From an uncultured virus (IMG/VR IMGVR_UViG_2236876025_000003) (Duplodnaviria > Heunggongvirae > Uroviricota > Caudoviricetes), in the IMG/VR virus record IMGVR_UViG_2236876025_000003: DNA of 20,000 bases; one strand, given 5' to 3'. Each line of letters begins with the position of its first letter. Position 1 is the stretch's first letter. Below are positions 8,372 to 17,416 of this stretch, piece after piece. The notes beneath the pieces were generated by a model. It was not told where the DNA came from and made no database searches. It was given only the letters and a program-made list of their open reading frames with translations. The translations under genes were made by a program, and so were the position numbers.

Positions 8372-8405
8372 AAAAATTCATGATTCTTATGAGTCATGAA
8401 TTTTT
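8372..8405 (+). terminator. Stem-loop (probable terminator) before the polymerase gene
   Basis: AAAAATTCATGATTC-TTAT-GAGTCATGAATTTTT, with one G-U pair. Confidence 0.7.
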
Positions 8406-8456
8406 CTATCTTTATAATATAAAATCCGTATAAGACAGAGAGTTGAAGGATAAATA

Positions 8457-11400
8457 ATGGAAGCATTCAAAAATTGTTATTATGATAGATTTCATAAGAC
8501 AATATATTTGAAAGAACAACATACGAAAGGCTGGTCAAAGCATAAATATCAGCCGTGGTGTTATATAACGGACACTACTGGTAAATCAAATATATTGGAC
8601 ATTTATAAGCGTCCGGTTATGCGATACGAGTACAAGGACAATACGGTCATTGAAGCTTTAAAGCAAAACCCGGATATGATTGTCGCTGAATCTGACTTAA
8701 AACCTGAAGTCAAGTTCATGCATGAAAGATACGATAAAGAAGACTTAAAAGTCGATATTGATGACTGGAATATAGGTCTATTCGATATCGAAGTCGCGGG
8801 ATCATCGAAATTTTACGACACGCATTTAATTGAAATCCGCGACTTACAAAGAGGCAAATTCGAAAGAATTGAATTATTTCTTTTTGATACAAAATATAAG
8901 AAAGAAGACTGGGAAGTTTTCGATATCGAGAAAAAATGCTGGGTTAAATACATAAATTCGTGTTTTGTATCTTACGAATTCCCGGCGCCAGAAAAAGCCG
9001 ACTGGCCAATTAACCTTATTTCTTTATATTCGACTAAGGATAAAAAATTATATACTTGGGGCACTAAGCCATATGATGACTTAGATGAACCTATTGATAA
9101 TTATTTGTATTGTAGAACTGAAGTTGACCTTGTACGCAATTTCATGAAATGGTTTGCAAGGCAAGATTTTGATATGCTTTCTGGTTGGAACTCGGAAGCA
9201 TACGATATTCCGTATATTTGTAATAGATGTGCTAAGTTAAGAAAAATTAATAATGTTCAGACTGAATGGGAATGCTGTTTAAGTCCGTTTAATAAGCTGC
9301 CAGAAAGACACGATATTAAAGATAGAAAGCTTGAAGATGTTGATCTTGGCGCTACTTTTACTGTTCCTGGTTTATATTTGATTGACTTCATGAAGTTATA
9401 TAAGACGTTTGGCAACCATCCGCCTCTTCCGTCTTATTCATTGAACTATATCGCTGCACGAGAACTCAGCGACGGTAAATTAAAATATGAAGGCTCTATT
9501 AATGAAGTCTATAAAGATCAATGGTGTAAGTTTGTTCGATATAACAGAAAGGACGTTACCATTCTGGTTGACCTGTTCTATAAGCTTAAACTGTTCGAAC
9601 TTATTATTGAATACGCATTTAACTGTATAGTTACCGTCGACCGTGTAGAAAATAAAGTTCCTACGACGACTGGTTATTTTATTAAGTTCCTCCATGCTAC
9701 TGGACGTGTGCTTAACGATAAGAAAGAAGAACATATCGACTGGTGGACTAGAGAAGAATGCTATAAGGTAAAACAAAAAGACGGCACGATTTACTATCAG
9801 AATACTGAATGGGAAGATAACGTAGAATTTAAGAAATATCTTCTTAAATATGACATGTATAAATGCTTGAAGACTGAAGAAGAAATCAAGCCAGAAGTTT
9901 TAAGTATTTGGAAGCCGAAGAAAATAAACGGTGTTCAATATAATGCATGGCAAGTATTTAAACGAGATTTAGAATTATTTAAGGATTGGCCGCATCCGTT
10001 CCCTGAATTCCAGGTTAAGGCTGGATATTGCTATGACTATCCGGGTAGATTCGATGACGATATGTCGTTCGATATTACCTCGTCATATCCACATCATATC
10101 ATGATGTTCAACATGTCTCCGGAAACTAAGGTTATCCGTCCTACTCGTTCTCAGATTGAATCTGGCGAAGTCATTATGACAGACGTAGCAGAAGTCGGAT
10201 TCTTAAGAACTGACGACGCGATTATGCCTAATGTCATTAAGCAAGTCTTTAATGAAAGAAAAGTTTGGAAAAAGAAAGAAGAAGAAGCTATTGAAGCTGG
10301 CGATAAGGAAATGGAAAATCTTTGTCATAACCGGCAACAGATTAAGAAACTTATCATTAACAGTATGTATGGCGTTTCGCTTGCACCTGGCTTCCATTTC
10401 TATGACCCGGATATCGCACGTTGTATTTGTCGTTGTGCCCGTGTAACTCTTCGTGACTGGCTGTCTCGTTACTGTAACGAATATTACGTTTCTACAAAGA
10501 TAATCAGAGATATCGAAAAGTATTTCAATATCACTCTTAAGAATAAGGCACCGTTAAAACTCACGAACCGTGACTTCGCAATTGTCCATAATGATACTGA
10601 CTCGTGCTATATCTGTGTTCATGAACTTAGACAGAGACTTATCGAAGAAGGCGTTTATTCTAACAGGAAAACAAAACCTTTGCTTTACCCGGAAGACGGA
10701 ATGTCTGACGAACAGCTTGCTGAAATGCACAAGAAGAATCGTGAAATCATGGACTACAACAAAACCGTAGCCGATGAATATAGAGATTTCTTTAGCCATG
10801 CTGAAGCTATGTTCCAGGATTTCTTTAATCAGGTACTTGAAATCAGGGCAAAGAAGTCAAAGGTAAACCAGCTTATCAAGTTCAACCGTGAAAACATCTT
10901 TAGCAACATGTTCTGTTTCGCGAAGAAGTTATATATCGGTTCAGTTGTAGACAGTGAAGGCGCATTATATCCGTTAGAAGGCATCGATAAGGAAGTTCTT
11001 ACCGACGAAGAAAAAGCAACATTGCCTAAATCTATGTTGAAGCATCCGGAAGGACCTAAACATAAAATCATGGGCGTTCCTATCAAAAAGTCCACGATGC
11101 CTGACTTCTGTAAAATCGCAGCAGAAAAACTTGCATTTGACATTTCCGCTGGTATGACCAAAGAAGACGCCGATGATTTTATTATGAAGGTCTACGAACA
11201 ATACCGTAATAGCGATATTAACGATATATCGGCCGTCATTGGTATTTCCAACTATAAGAAATACATTCCGCACGATATAGATTATTACGTAAAAAACGGC
11301 CTTGAGTTCGAAAAGGGCAAAAACGCGTCCGTTATTTTCGGCGCGAAAGCTGCATTGACGTATAACTACATCTTGGCGAAAAAGAAATTTAAGTTGACGC

Positions 11401-11681
11401 CGATTCAGAATAACTCCAAGATGAAATACATCTACGTAAAGCCGAATAACGAATTCAAATACAAGAATCTGGACAAGCATACGATTGAGCCGGTGACATT
11501 TGTCGCTTTCGTTGACCAATGGCCGAAAGAATTCGATTCGCTTTTTGAAATCGACCACGAGACTATGTTCAGAAAGTCATTCTGTGCATTGTTCGAGTCA
11601 ATGTATGAAATCAATAAGTGGCTAGAACCTGGTAAACATCTTACCTTGGAAAAATCAACGCTTTGCGACTTATTTTGCTAA
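8457..11681 (+). CDS. Family B DNA polymerase (T4 gp43-like) with 3'-5' exonuclease
   Basis: ExoI FDIEV, ExoII GWNSEAYDIPY, ExoIII YNRKDV, motif A SFDITSSYPH, motif B KKLIINSMYG, motif C HNDTDS, AKKLY, KIMGVPIKKS. Confidence 0.97.
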   Translation: MEAFKNCYYDRFHKTIYLKEQHTKGWSKHKYQPWCYITDTTGKSNILDIYKRPVMRYEYKDNTVIEALKQNPDMIVAESDLKPEVKFMHERYDKEDLKVDIDDWNIGLFDIEVAGSSKFYDTHLIEIRDLQRGKFERIELFLFDTKYKKEDWEVFDIEKKCWVKYINSCFVSYEFPAPEKADWPINLISLYSTKDKKLYTWGTKPYDDLDEPIDNYLYCRTEVDLVRNFMKWFARQDFDMLSGWNSEAYDIPYICNRCAKLRKINNVQTEWECCLSPFNKLPERHDIKDRKLEDVDLGATFTVPGLYLIDFMKLYKTFGNHPPLPSYSLNYIAARELSDGKLKYEGSINEVYKDQWCKFVRYNRKDVTILVDLFYKLKLFELIIEYAFNCIVTVDRVENKVPTTTGYFIKFLHATGRVLNDKKEEHIDWWTREECYKVKQKDGTIYYQNTEWEDNVEFKKYLLKYDMYKCLKTEEEIKPEVLSIWKPKKINGVQYNAWQVFKRDLELFKDWPHPFPEFQVKAGYCYDYPGRFDDDMSFDITSSYPHHIMMFNMSPETKVIRPTRSQIESGEVIMTDVAEVGFLRTDDAIMPNVIKQVFNERKVWKKKEEEAIEAGDKEMENLCHNRQQIKKLIINSMYGVSLAPGFHFYDPDIARCICRCARVTLRDWLSRYCNEYYVSTKIIRDIEKYFNITLKNKAPLKLTNRDFAIVHNDTDSCYICVHELRQRLIEEGVYSNRKTKPLLYPEDGMSDEQLAEMHKKNREIMDYNKTVADEYRDFFSHAEAMFQDFFNQVLEIRAKKSKVNQLIKFNRENIFSNMFCFAKKLYIGSVVDSEGALYPLEGIDKEVLTDEEKATLPKSMLKHPEGPKHKIMGVPIKKSTMPDFCKIAAEKLAFDISAGMTKEDADDFIMKVYEQYRNSDINDISAVIGISNYKKYIPHDIDYYVKNGLEFEKGKNASVIFGAKAALTYNYILAKKKFKLTPIQNNSKMKYIYVKPNNEFKYKNLDKHTIEPVTFVAFVDQWPKEFDSLFEIDHETMFRKSFCALFESMYEINKWLEPGKHLTLEKSTLCDLFC

Positions 11682-11685
11682 AATT

Positions 11686-11714
11686 AAGACTGTTCTAACA
11701 AGGACAGTCTTTTT
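11686..11714 (+). terminator. Intrinsic terminator after the polymerase gene
   Basis: AAGACTGTTCT-AACA-AGGACAGTCTT followed by a T run. Confidence 0.8.
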
Positions 11715-11716
11715 GT

Positions 11717-11724
11717 TATAAATA
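11717..11724 (+). promoter_or_regulatory. T4-type late promoter
   Basis: TATAAATA-ATGT-ATG(11729); the 18-mer TATAAATAATGTATGAAA is identical to the one opening the 511..1284 gene. Confidence 0.85.
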
Positions 11725-11728
11725 ATGT

Positions 11729-14590
11729 ATGAAAAAGCTATTACTTGAATCAATCGATAATGAAAGCCGAAAGGCCGCAATAACATTCTTGCAGAATAAC
11801 TTTAAGCGCTGTTTTACACTGGATAAACAGGATTTGACAGACGACGAGAAGCAAAAGCTCTGTCAAGAATATGTAAAGACTGTTGAAATCAACTACTGTA
11901 TTCCATGGGATGCAGGTGGATGTAACTGGACAAAGGCATTGATTATGGCTCTTGTCCGCATTCTTAAAACAGAATGTAATGACGGTACATCCAGACCGGT
12001 AAATACCAGAATGAAAGCACAACTTAAAAAAGTTGCTTTTGCTGCCATGATGTACAGACAAAAACAGGTATGGGATGGCGTTCCTAAAGATAATATCATG
12101 TCAAAGGACGCCGACGGTAAGAATTTCTACCAGTTGTCCGCCCTCGTTATGCCGCAATATGATGAATTGATGAGCATATATCTGAACGGTTACGGTAACG
12201 TATGGGCAGGAAAAGAAGCACAGGCAGAAGTTGCCGCCAGAAAGCGCGCCGAGAAAGATGCGGCAAATAATCAGAGATTCCAAGAGCTTTTAGCTAAAAT
12301 TGAAAACGGCGGGGAACTGAATGCTGAAGAAAAGGCATTCGTCGAACGTATGAAAGCAAAGCAGGCACAGCAAAATGTGCAGGCGCCGGCAGCAGAACAA
12401 CCAGCAGAAGAACCTGAACCTGAAGTAATAGACGACCCGTGGGCAGAAGATAACGGCTTTACTGACGAGCATCCAAGACCGTACATGAAAGGCCGATTCA
12501 GAATCGGTACTACAGGTTACTGGGCTGTAAGAATCGACCAATACGAACAGTCTAAAACCTGGTGGTGGTGGACTTATCCGAACTGCCCATATCCGACCCA
12601 GATTGACCATACCTGGTGTATTACAAACCCGAATTCTCGTAACTTCTTCTATTACGGTATCGGTACTACAGTAACGGCTTATTACGTATTCAAAGAAGGT
12701 TTTGAAAAACTGAAAAGACCGTCTGTGTCAGCTGATGCGCCTTATGATGAATGGGGTAAGAGTTTAATCTGTATCATGATTGACAGATATTTTAACGATA
12801 CTAAATCTACGGTACATGTCTGTTCTTCAAGATATAACCAGGCACAGCCAAACAACCAACATGGCTACGGTAACGGTTACGGTAACTCCTTCATGGGTCA
12901 AAGCGTTCAGAAACTCGCAGAATTGTTCGGTTGTTCCAAGCAAGAAATTTATGACAAATTTGTCTATAAACTCGCTAATGAAGTCGGCCAGGACCGTCAG
13001 GCACCAAACGCCCAAGAAACAAAGAAAATTCTTAATGACATCAACCAATGTAAGACACCGGATGTTGACGAATTTAGAATGTATTCGCCAGCAACTAATG
13101 GTGTAGACCTTGATGCCGGTTACAAAGTATCGATGGACGGGTACAGCACATTCTATTATAGAGGCACCTTTGTTACGCCGTGGGTAAAATCATTGCTTGT
13201 TACTTCGACGCCGCAGAATATGTACTTGTATTATACTGTCAATGACCAGACGTATGTAGTAAACACCGCAGGTAAACCATTATTCAATGAAAGCCTGAAG
13301 GGTAAATGGGATATAACGCCAAGTAACGATGATAAGTATTTAATATTCCGTAATAGCGCAAACAATAAGTCATTAATTTTCGACTGTACAAAGAACAAAT
13401 GGCTTGGTAGCGGATATATAAATGACGTTATAGATACTTATAAATATCCGTTCGTAAGCACCGATGATGGCAATATCTATGAATACATACCGCGTCAAAA
13501 TAAATTTGTAGATGCGAAAGATAAGCTTAGCAATTTTGCAAATAGGCGAGTTGAAGGTCTTGGATCATTCAATGTTATAAATGCAAGCTTTATTCAGTAT
13601 CAAAGAGGTGGTAATATACTTGTAAGGCGAACCGGCGAAGAAAAAGAAATCGGCTTCAATAACCTTATTAACAATAATGTTGCGTTCAATATACGTGATA
13701 GAAAGGCGTTATTCAATAACGGAACGCTTGTAGATTTCTCCGAAGAATATAATAGGCTGTCTGATGAAGGTTATATACGTAGTTCTATTTACTATCCGCA
13801 ACAACCGGTGGCAAAACCATATGTTATGTACTTTGCCTATAGGGATAATATTAATGAATTCCAGCTACACTTAATCACGTCCGAAGGTGAAAGTGTTACA
13901 AAGACTATAGATTATCCGGACATGTATTACAATAATTTCTACACGCTTACAGACAAATCATACTTGGCAATATTCACGAAACCAGGTGGCGAAAGCGTTG
14001 CACATCTGATAAACATCGTAAACGGTAAGGAAATCGAAATCGTAAAGACTTTCAAGACTTATGACTTGAAACGATATACAATAAATGGCAAAACCTATAT
14101 AGTCTATAAGATAAATGGTCAACGCGCTGAAGTCTATGATTCCGATACCGGAAAAATGATATTCAGAGTACCTAGAAACATGCATATGGCAACAAAAATT
14201 ACCAGCTTGAAAGTATCTTCTGATGGCATCCTTATAAGAGTCGGTTTGAACCATAATGATTATCTTGCCTGGGCGAATACCGATGTGATTATTCCAGCAA
14301 CGAGCAGACAGACTATCTGTATGGGCAACGGTTATGTTTATGTAAAAACCGGAGATAGTGCCAAGGTATATGACGATCGCGGTACCGTGGTATTCGATGG
14401 CAAGTTCAACTTCGGTTCATGCTTCAACGGCGGCGGTATAGCGTCAGTCGTAAATGACGAAGGCAAGACAGTTTACTTCAACCTCGATAACGAATACTCG
14501 GAAAAACTCGAAGACATCGTTGAATCAAGGAAACCGAAGAAGAGGCCGAAAACAAACTATATACTCGAAGCTGCGGCTTACTTCTGTTAA
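11729..14590 (+). CDS. Large multidomain late protein, 953 aa, putative virion-packaged effector
   Basis: MKKLLLES N-terminus; helical region; Q/A/P/E linker; aromatic-rich core (TWCIT..FFYYG..YYVFK..PYDEWGKSLICI..SSRYN); long beta-repeat C-terminal half. Confidence 0.85.
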   Translation: MKKLLLESIDNESRKAAITFLQNNFKRCFTLDKQDLTDDEKQKLCQEYVKTVEINYCIPWDAGGCNWTKALIMALVRILKTECNDGTSRPVNTRMKAQLKKVAFAAMMYRQKQVWDGVPKDNIMSKDADGKNFYQLSALVMPQYDELMSIYLNGYGNVWAGKEAQAEVAARKRAEKDAANNQRFQELLAKIENGGELNAEEKAFVERMKAKQAQQNVQAPAAEQPAEEPEPEVIDDPWAEDNGFTDEHPRPYMKGRFRIGTTGYWAVRIDQYEQSKTWWWWTYPNCPYPTQIDHTWCITNPNSRNFFYYGIGTTVTAYYVFKEGFEKLKRPSVSADAPYDEWGKSLICIMIDRYFNDTKSTVHVCSSRYNQAQPNNQHGYGNGYGNSFMGQSVQKLAELFGCSKQEIYDKFVYKLANEVGQDRQAPNAQETKKILNDINQCKTPDVDEFRMYSPATNGVDLDAGYKVSMDGYSTFYYRGTFVTPWVKSLLVTSTPQNMYLYYTVNDQTYVVNTAGKPLFNESLKGKWDITPSNDDKYLIFRNSANNKSLIFDCTKNKWLGSGYINDVIDTYKYPFVSTDDGNIYEYIPRQNKFVDAKDKLSNFANRRVEGLGSFNVINASFIQYQRGGNILVRRTGEEKEIGFNNLINNNVAFNIRDRKALFNNGTLVDFSEEYNRLSDEGYIRSSIYYPQQPVAKPYVMYFAYRDNINEFQLHLITSEGESVTKTIDYPDMYYNNFYTLTDKSYLAIFTKPGGESVAHLINIVNGKEIEIVKTFKTYDLKRYTINGKTYIVYKINGQRAEVYDSDTGKMIFRVPRNMHMATKITSLKVSSDGILIRVGLNHNDYLAWANTDVIIPATSRQTICMGNGYVYVKTGDSAKVYDDRGTVVFDGKFNFGSCFNGGGIASVVNDEGKTVYFNLDNEYSEKLEDIVESRKPKKRPKTNYILEAAAYFC

Positions 14591-14594
14591 AATT

Positions 14595-14622
14595 AAAATG
14601 ACCAGTTTTTACTGGTCATTTT
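14595..14622. terminator. Bidirectional intrinsic terminator
   Basis: AAAATGACCAGT-TTTT-ACTGGTCATTTT perfect 12 bp stem between convergent stops 14590 and 14625. Confidence 0.9.
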
Positions 14623-14624
14623 TA

Positions 14625-15389
14625 TTATCTGTTTTTCGTCAAGAACTTATTTTTTATTTCAGGCGTAGTCAAGAACTCGATTCGCATATCCTTCAAGCGT
14701 TTTAACGGCTTTATATTCAATTCGTTTTCTACCGTCGTACCGTGCTTGCCGATTAAATACGCGCTAAATGCCCAATATATGTCATTCGGCTCCGCATAAC
14801 CGTATACTATGACTGGAATATGCGTATATTTTTTCTTCTCGTTGCCCCATGCGCTTGCAAACGTATATGCTACATCGACAGACGTAGAATACGAATTATA
14901 TTCCTTTGACATGTTATCAAGATATTTCAACAGGTCTTCAGGTCGTTCACTCGTGGCTCGCCAGGCATCATATACGTCTTTCTTTAAAGAAATCCCGCGG
15001 AATACCTTGATATAACCCTTTTTAAACTTGTTCAAGAATTCAAGAATGTCCCTAATCTGCTTAGGGAATTTTCCAGCCATGTTATACAGTTCATCGACAG
15101 TCATGATGTCATTGTAATAATCCCTGAATTTCTTGAATTTTTCAGGATTCGTTTCCATGCCCTTGTCAATGATACCGTCCAATGCAGCAGATATCAATGT
15201 AGCATTGTCACGTTTCTTATTATGCATCCATTTGGCACCGTCTCGGTCCGTATACGTGTCATCTTCGACATAAGGATATTCAATGTCTTTCTTATGTGCA
15301 TTCATGTTATCTATATGAGTCTGAAACCTGTCAGCGTCATATAAAGAATAATCTGGATTCTCTGTTAAAAACTGCTTAAAATTTTTCAT
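14625..15389 (-). CDS. Putative R-S-E class ADP-ribosyltransferase, 254 aa
   Basis: IKVFRG, NSYSTS..VAYTFA, VENEL (ExE). N-terminus MKNFKQFLTE. Paralog of the N-terminal half of 15386..16840. Confidence 0.7.
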   Translation of the reverse strand: MKNFKQFLTENPDYSLYDADRFQTHIDNMNAHKKDIEYPYVEDDTYTDRDGAKWMHNKKRDNATLISAALDGIIDKGMETNPEKFKKFRDYYNDIMTVDELYNMAGKFPKQIRDILEFLNKFKKGYIKVFRGISLKKDVYDAWRATSERPEDLLKYLDNMSKEYNSYSTSVDVAYTFASAWGNEKKKYTHIPVIVYGYAEPNDIYWAFSAYLIGKHGTTVENELNIKPLKRLKDMRIEFLTTPEIKNKFLTKNR

Positions 15390-16840
15390 CGTCCTACCTG
15401 TTGCAATGCTATGCCGTTCTTTACAATAAACGAATACCTGTTACCATTACTGGATATAATACCGTCAAATGTCATTGTATTCAAGTCAAAATCAATCCTG
15501 TCAAACAACCTAAGTATTATTCTTATAATACATGCGCCACGTTTATTGACAACCGTATATTTGTTGTTAGGCAACTTGACAATATAATATTCTTCTGCAT
15601 GCCATACACTCGGTTCTCGAGAATATATGTTACCAGGAGCTCTCTGTATGTCCTTTGCCTTGAAATTAAATAATTCCTTACCTGTTACACAGTTGACAAG
15701 CTGCATGCTCCTATCCTCGTTATATACCATTATATTCTCGCTGTCAACAGCCTTGATATATCGATTTATCCTTGCATATTTCTTTCCTATCTGACCTACG
15801 CCTTCCTTGTAGATATACCAGTGATTGCCTTCGTTGGTATCTTCATTATATTCTGTATCAGCTATCGCATATATATTTTCCTTTATTTCGGAAATATACA
15901 TACCGAAAGGCGTTATCATCTTGTTATTCTTTACGAACACATGGAAACCGCCGAGCCTGCAGTCTAATACGGTTTTGTCGAAAGAATCAGCTTTCTCAAC
16001 CTTGTCGAATACTTTTTTCGGATCCTTGGTAGCATCCAGCTGAGCCTGGATCTTCTTTACGTCAAGAATACTTTGCGCATACGTCTTACGTTCCTTGTCG
16101 ATGTCATGCACGATTCTTAAATCATGCAGTTCCTTAAGGTTATTGACGTTCAACTCGTATTCACCGCAACCGCGATGCCTTCCCATCAAATACGCCGTAA
16201 ACGCCCAGTATATGTCATTCGGTTCTACCATGGCAGATATCATCACAGGCACAAGCTTGTCATTGTCTATCGCATCCGCCATAAAACCGAACGCCGTCAT
16301 AGGACATGTACTGAACGAATTGAATAGCTTCGTCCTGTTGTCTATCTTGTTGAGCAACGATAGGCTAGGCTTGCCGGAATTCTTGATATATTTCTCGTAG
16401 TCGATTTTCTTCAAGATAAACCCTCTATAGACTTTAATCCTGCCGGTCTTGTATTTACCAAGGAACTTCAAAATCTCGTCTATCGTGTCCTTATGCGCGG
16501 AACAGAGCGAATAAAAATCGTCTTCCCGACCGCTCCTGTACAGTTCTGCTTCCTGCTTCGCATAAGGAATCCCGTCATCGGTCATCGAATCGATTATGCC
16601 ATCCAAAATCGCGGACTTCAACGTCATGTCGTCTCTCGCCTTGACCTCAATCCATTTCAATCCCTTATAATCCTGGTATCTCTTGTCATCCTGATACTGA
16701 ATCATATTCTGGCGCATCTGGTTCTTTTCTTTATTCCGCTCCTGCGCCTTATGTACCTGGTCGATATGATGCCCAAGCCTACGCATGTCCAGCGACGTAA
16801 ATTCCGCGCTCTCGCCTATAAAATCCCTTAAACTCTTCAT
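15386..16840 (-). CDS. Putative R-S-E class ADP-ribosyltransferase with beta-repeat C-terminal extension, 484 aa
   Basis: IKVYRG, NSFST..TAFGF, GEYEL (ExE). EPNDIYWAF shared with its neighbour. N-terminus MKSLRDFIGES. Confidence 0.7.
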   Translation of the reverse strand: MKSLRDFIGESAEFTSLDMRRLGHHIDQVHKAQERNKEKNQMRQNMIQYQDDKRYQDYKGLKWIEVKARDDMTLKSAILDGIIDSMTDDGIPYAKQEAELYRSGREDDFYSLCSAHKDTIDEILKFLGKYKTGRIKVYRGFILKKIDYEKYIKNSGKPSLSLLNKIDNRTKLFNSFSTCPMTAFGFMADAIDNDKLVPVMISAMVEPNDIYWAFTAYLMGRHRGCGEYELNVNNLKELHDLRIVHDIDKERKTYAQSILDVKKIQAQLDATKDPKKVFDKVEKADSFDKTVLDCRLGGFHVFVKNNKMITPFGMYISEIKENIYAIADTEYNEDTNEGNHWYIYKEGVGQIGKKYARINRYIKAVDSENIMVYNEDRSMQLVNCVTGKELFNFKAKDIQRAPGNIYSREPSVWHAEEYYIVKLPNNKYTVVNKRGACIIRIILRLFDRIDFDLNTMTFDGIISSNGNRYSFIVKNGIALQQVGR

Positions 16841-16844
16841 GATA

Positions 16845-16852
16845 TATTTATA
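16845..16852 (-). promoter_or_regulatory. T4-type late promoter
   Basis: The minus strand reads TATAAATA-TATC-ATG(16840). Confidence 0.85.
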
Positions 16853-16863
16853 CCCTAAAAACA

Positions 16864-16894
16864 GTTTACAAATCGGAGAATGTTTACTATATTT
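16864..16894 (+). promoter_or_regulatory. Early-type promoter
   Basis: TTTACA (16865-16870) - 17 bp - TATATT (16888-16893); ATG 16901 follows after 7 nt. Confidence 0.75.
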
Positions 16895-16900
16895 AATAAA

Positions 16901-17416
16901 ATGGACGCAAATTTAATGACGGTATTCAAACATGCCGAAGAAAGACTGAAAGAAAAATACCCGTGCTATAAAATATATTTCTATAATACCCTGGCACGGT
17001 ATGACATCGCCTCGAAACAGTCGATGACACTCGATATCATCTACAATGACACGAATGTCACTTTCCAGTATGACGAAGACCTCAACCCTTGGTCATCCAC
17101 CATCGAACCGCTCAAGTTGCAGCTGACAAAGACCTACGAGATCGGCGACAAGGGAAAATACAGAAACCCGCTTCCGGGCTTCATCGACATACCGATCCCA
17201 GTAAAATGCTTCGATACCGTCATGAAGAACCTCGACATAAATATCATATTCAACGAAATCCAGGACATAAACGACTTAATGGCCAGCAGGGAAACAATCG
17301 AACCACACGGATTCCTCGCACTCACGCAGGCGACATATAGAAAAATCGCCTTCCTGCTGGACCTAGCGAAAATACCAGAAAATGAGAATATACATACGAA
17401 AATTCGAAGACCGTAA
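16901..17416 (+). CDS. Hypothetical early protein, 171 aa
   Basis: Start moved from 16880 (inside the promoter spacer) to in-frame ATG 16901. C-terminal AFLLDLAKI motif. Confidence 0.75.
   Translation: MDANLMTVFKHAEERLKEKYPCYKIYFYNTLARYDIASKQSMTLDIIYNDTNVTFQYDEDLNPWSSTIEPLKLQLTKTYEIGDKGKYRNPLPGFIDIPIPVKCFDTVMKNLDINIIFNEIQDINDLMASRETIEPHGFLALTQATYRKIAFLLDLAKIPENENIHTKIRRP

Noticed and set aside
8372..8456. Hairpin as a T4 gp43-style translational autoregulation operator
   Set aside because: It lies about 50 nt upstream of the ATG and ends in a T run right after the previous gene, so a terminator is the simpler reading.
10570..10610. AIVHN-DTDS in the polymerase looks like an intein C-terminus at the known motif C insertion site
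   Set aside because: The residue after HN is Asp, not Ser/Thr/Cys, and there is no upstream YGD plus intein N-terminus. HNDTDS is better read as a variant of motif C.
9480..13106. Many antisense or out-of-frame ORFs of 60-194 aa inside the polymerase and 953 aa genes
   Set aside because: Shadow ORFs of strongly supported genes, with no promoters, RBS or recognisable motifs.
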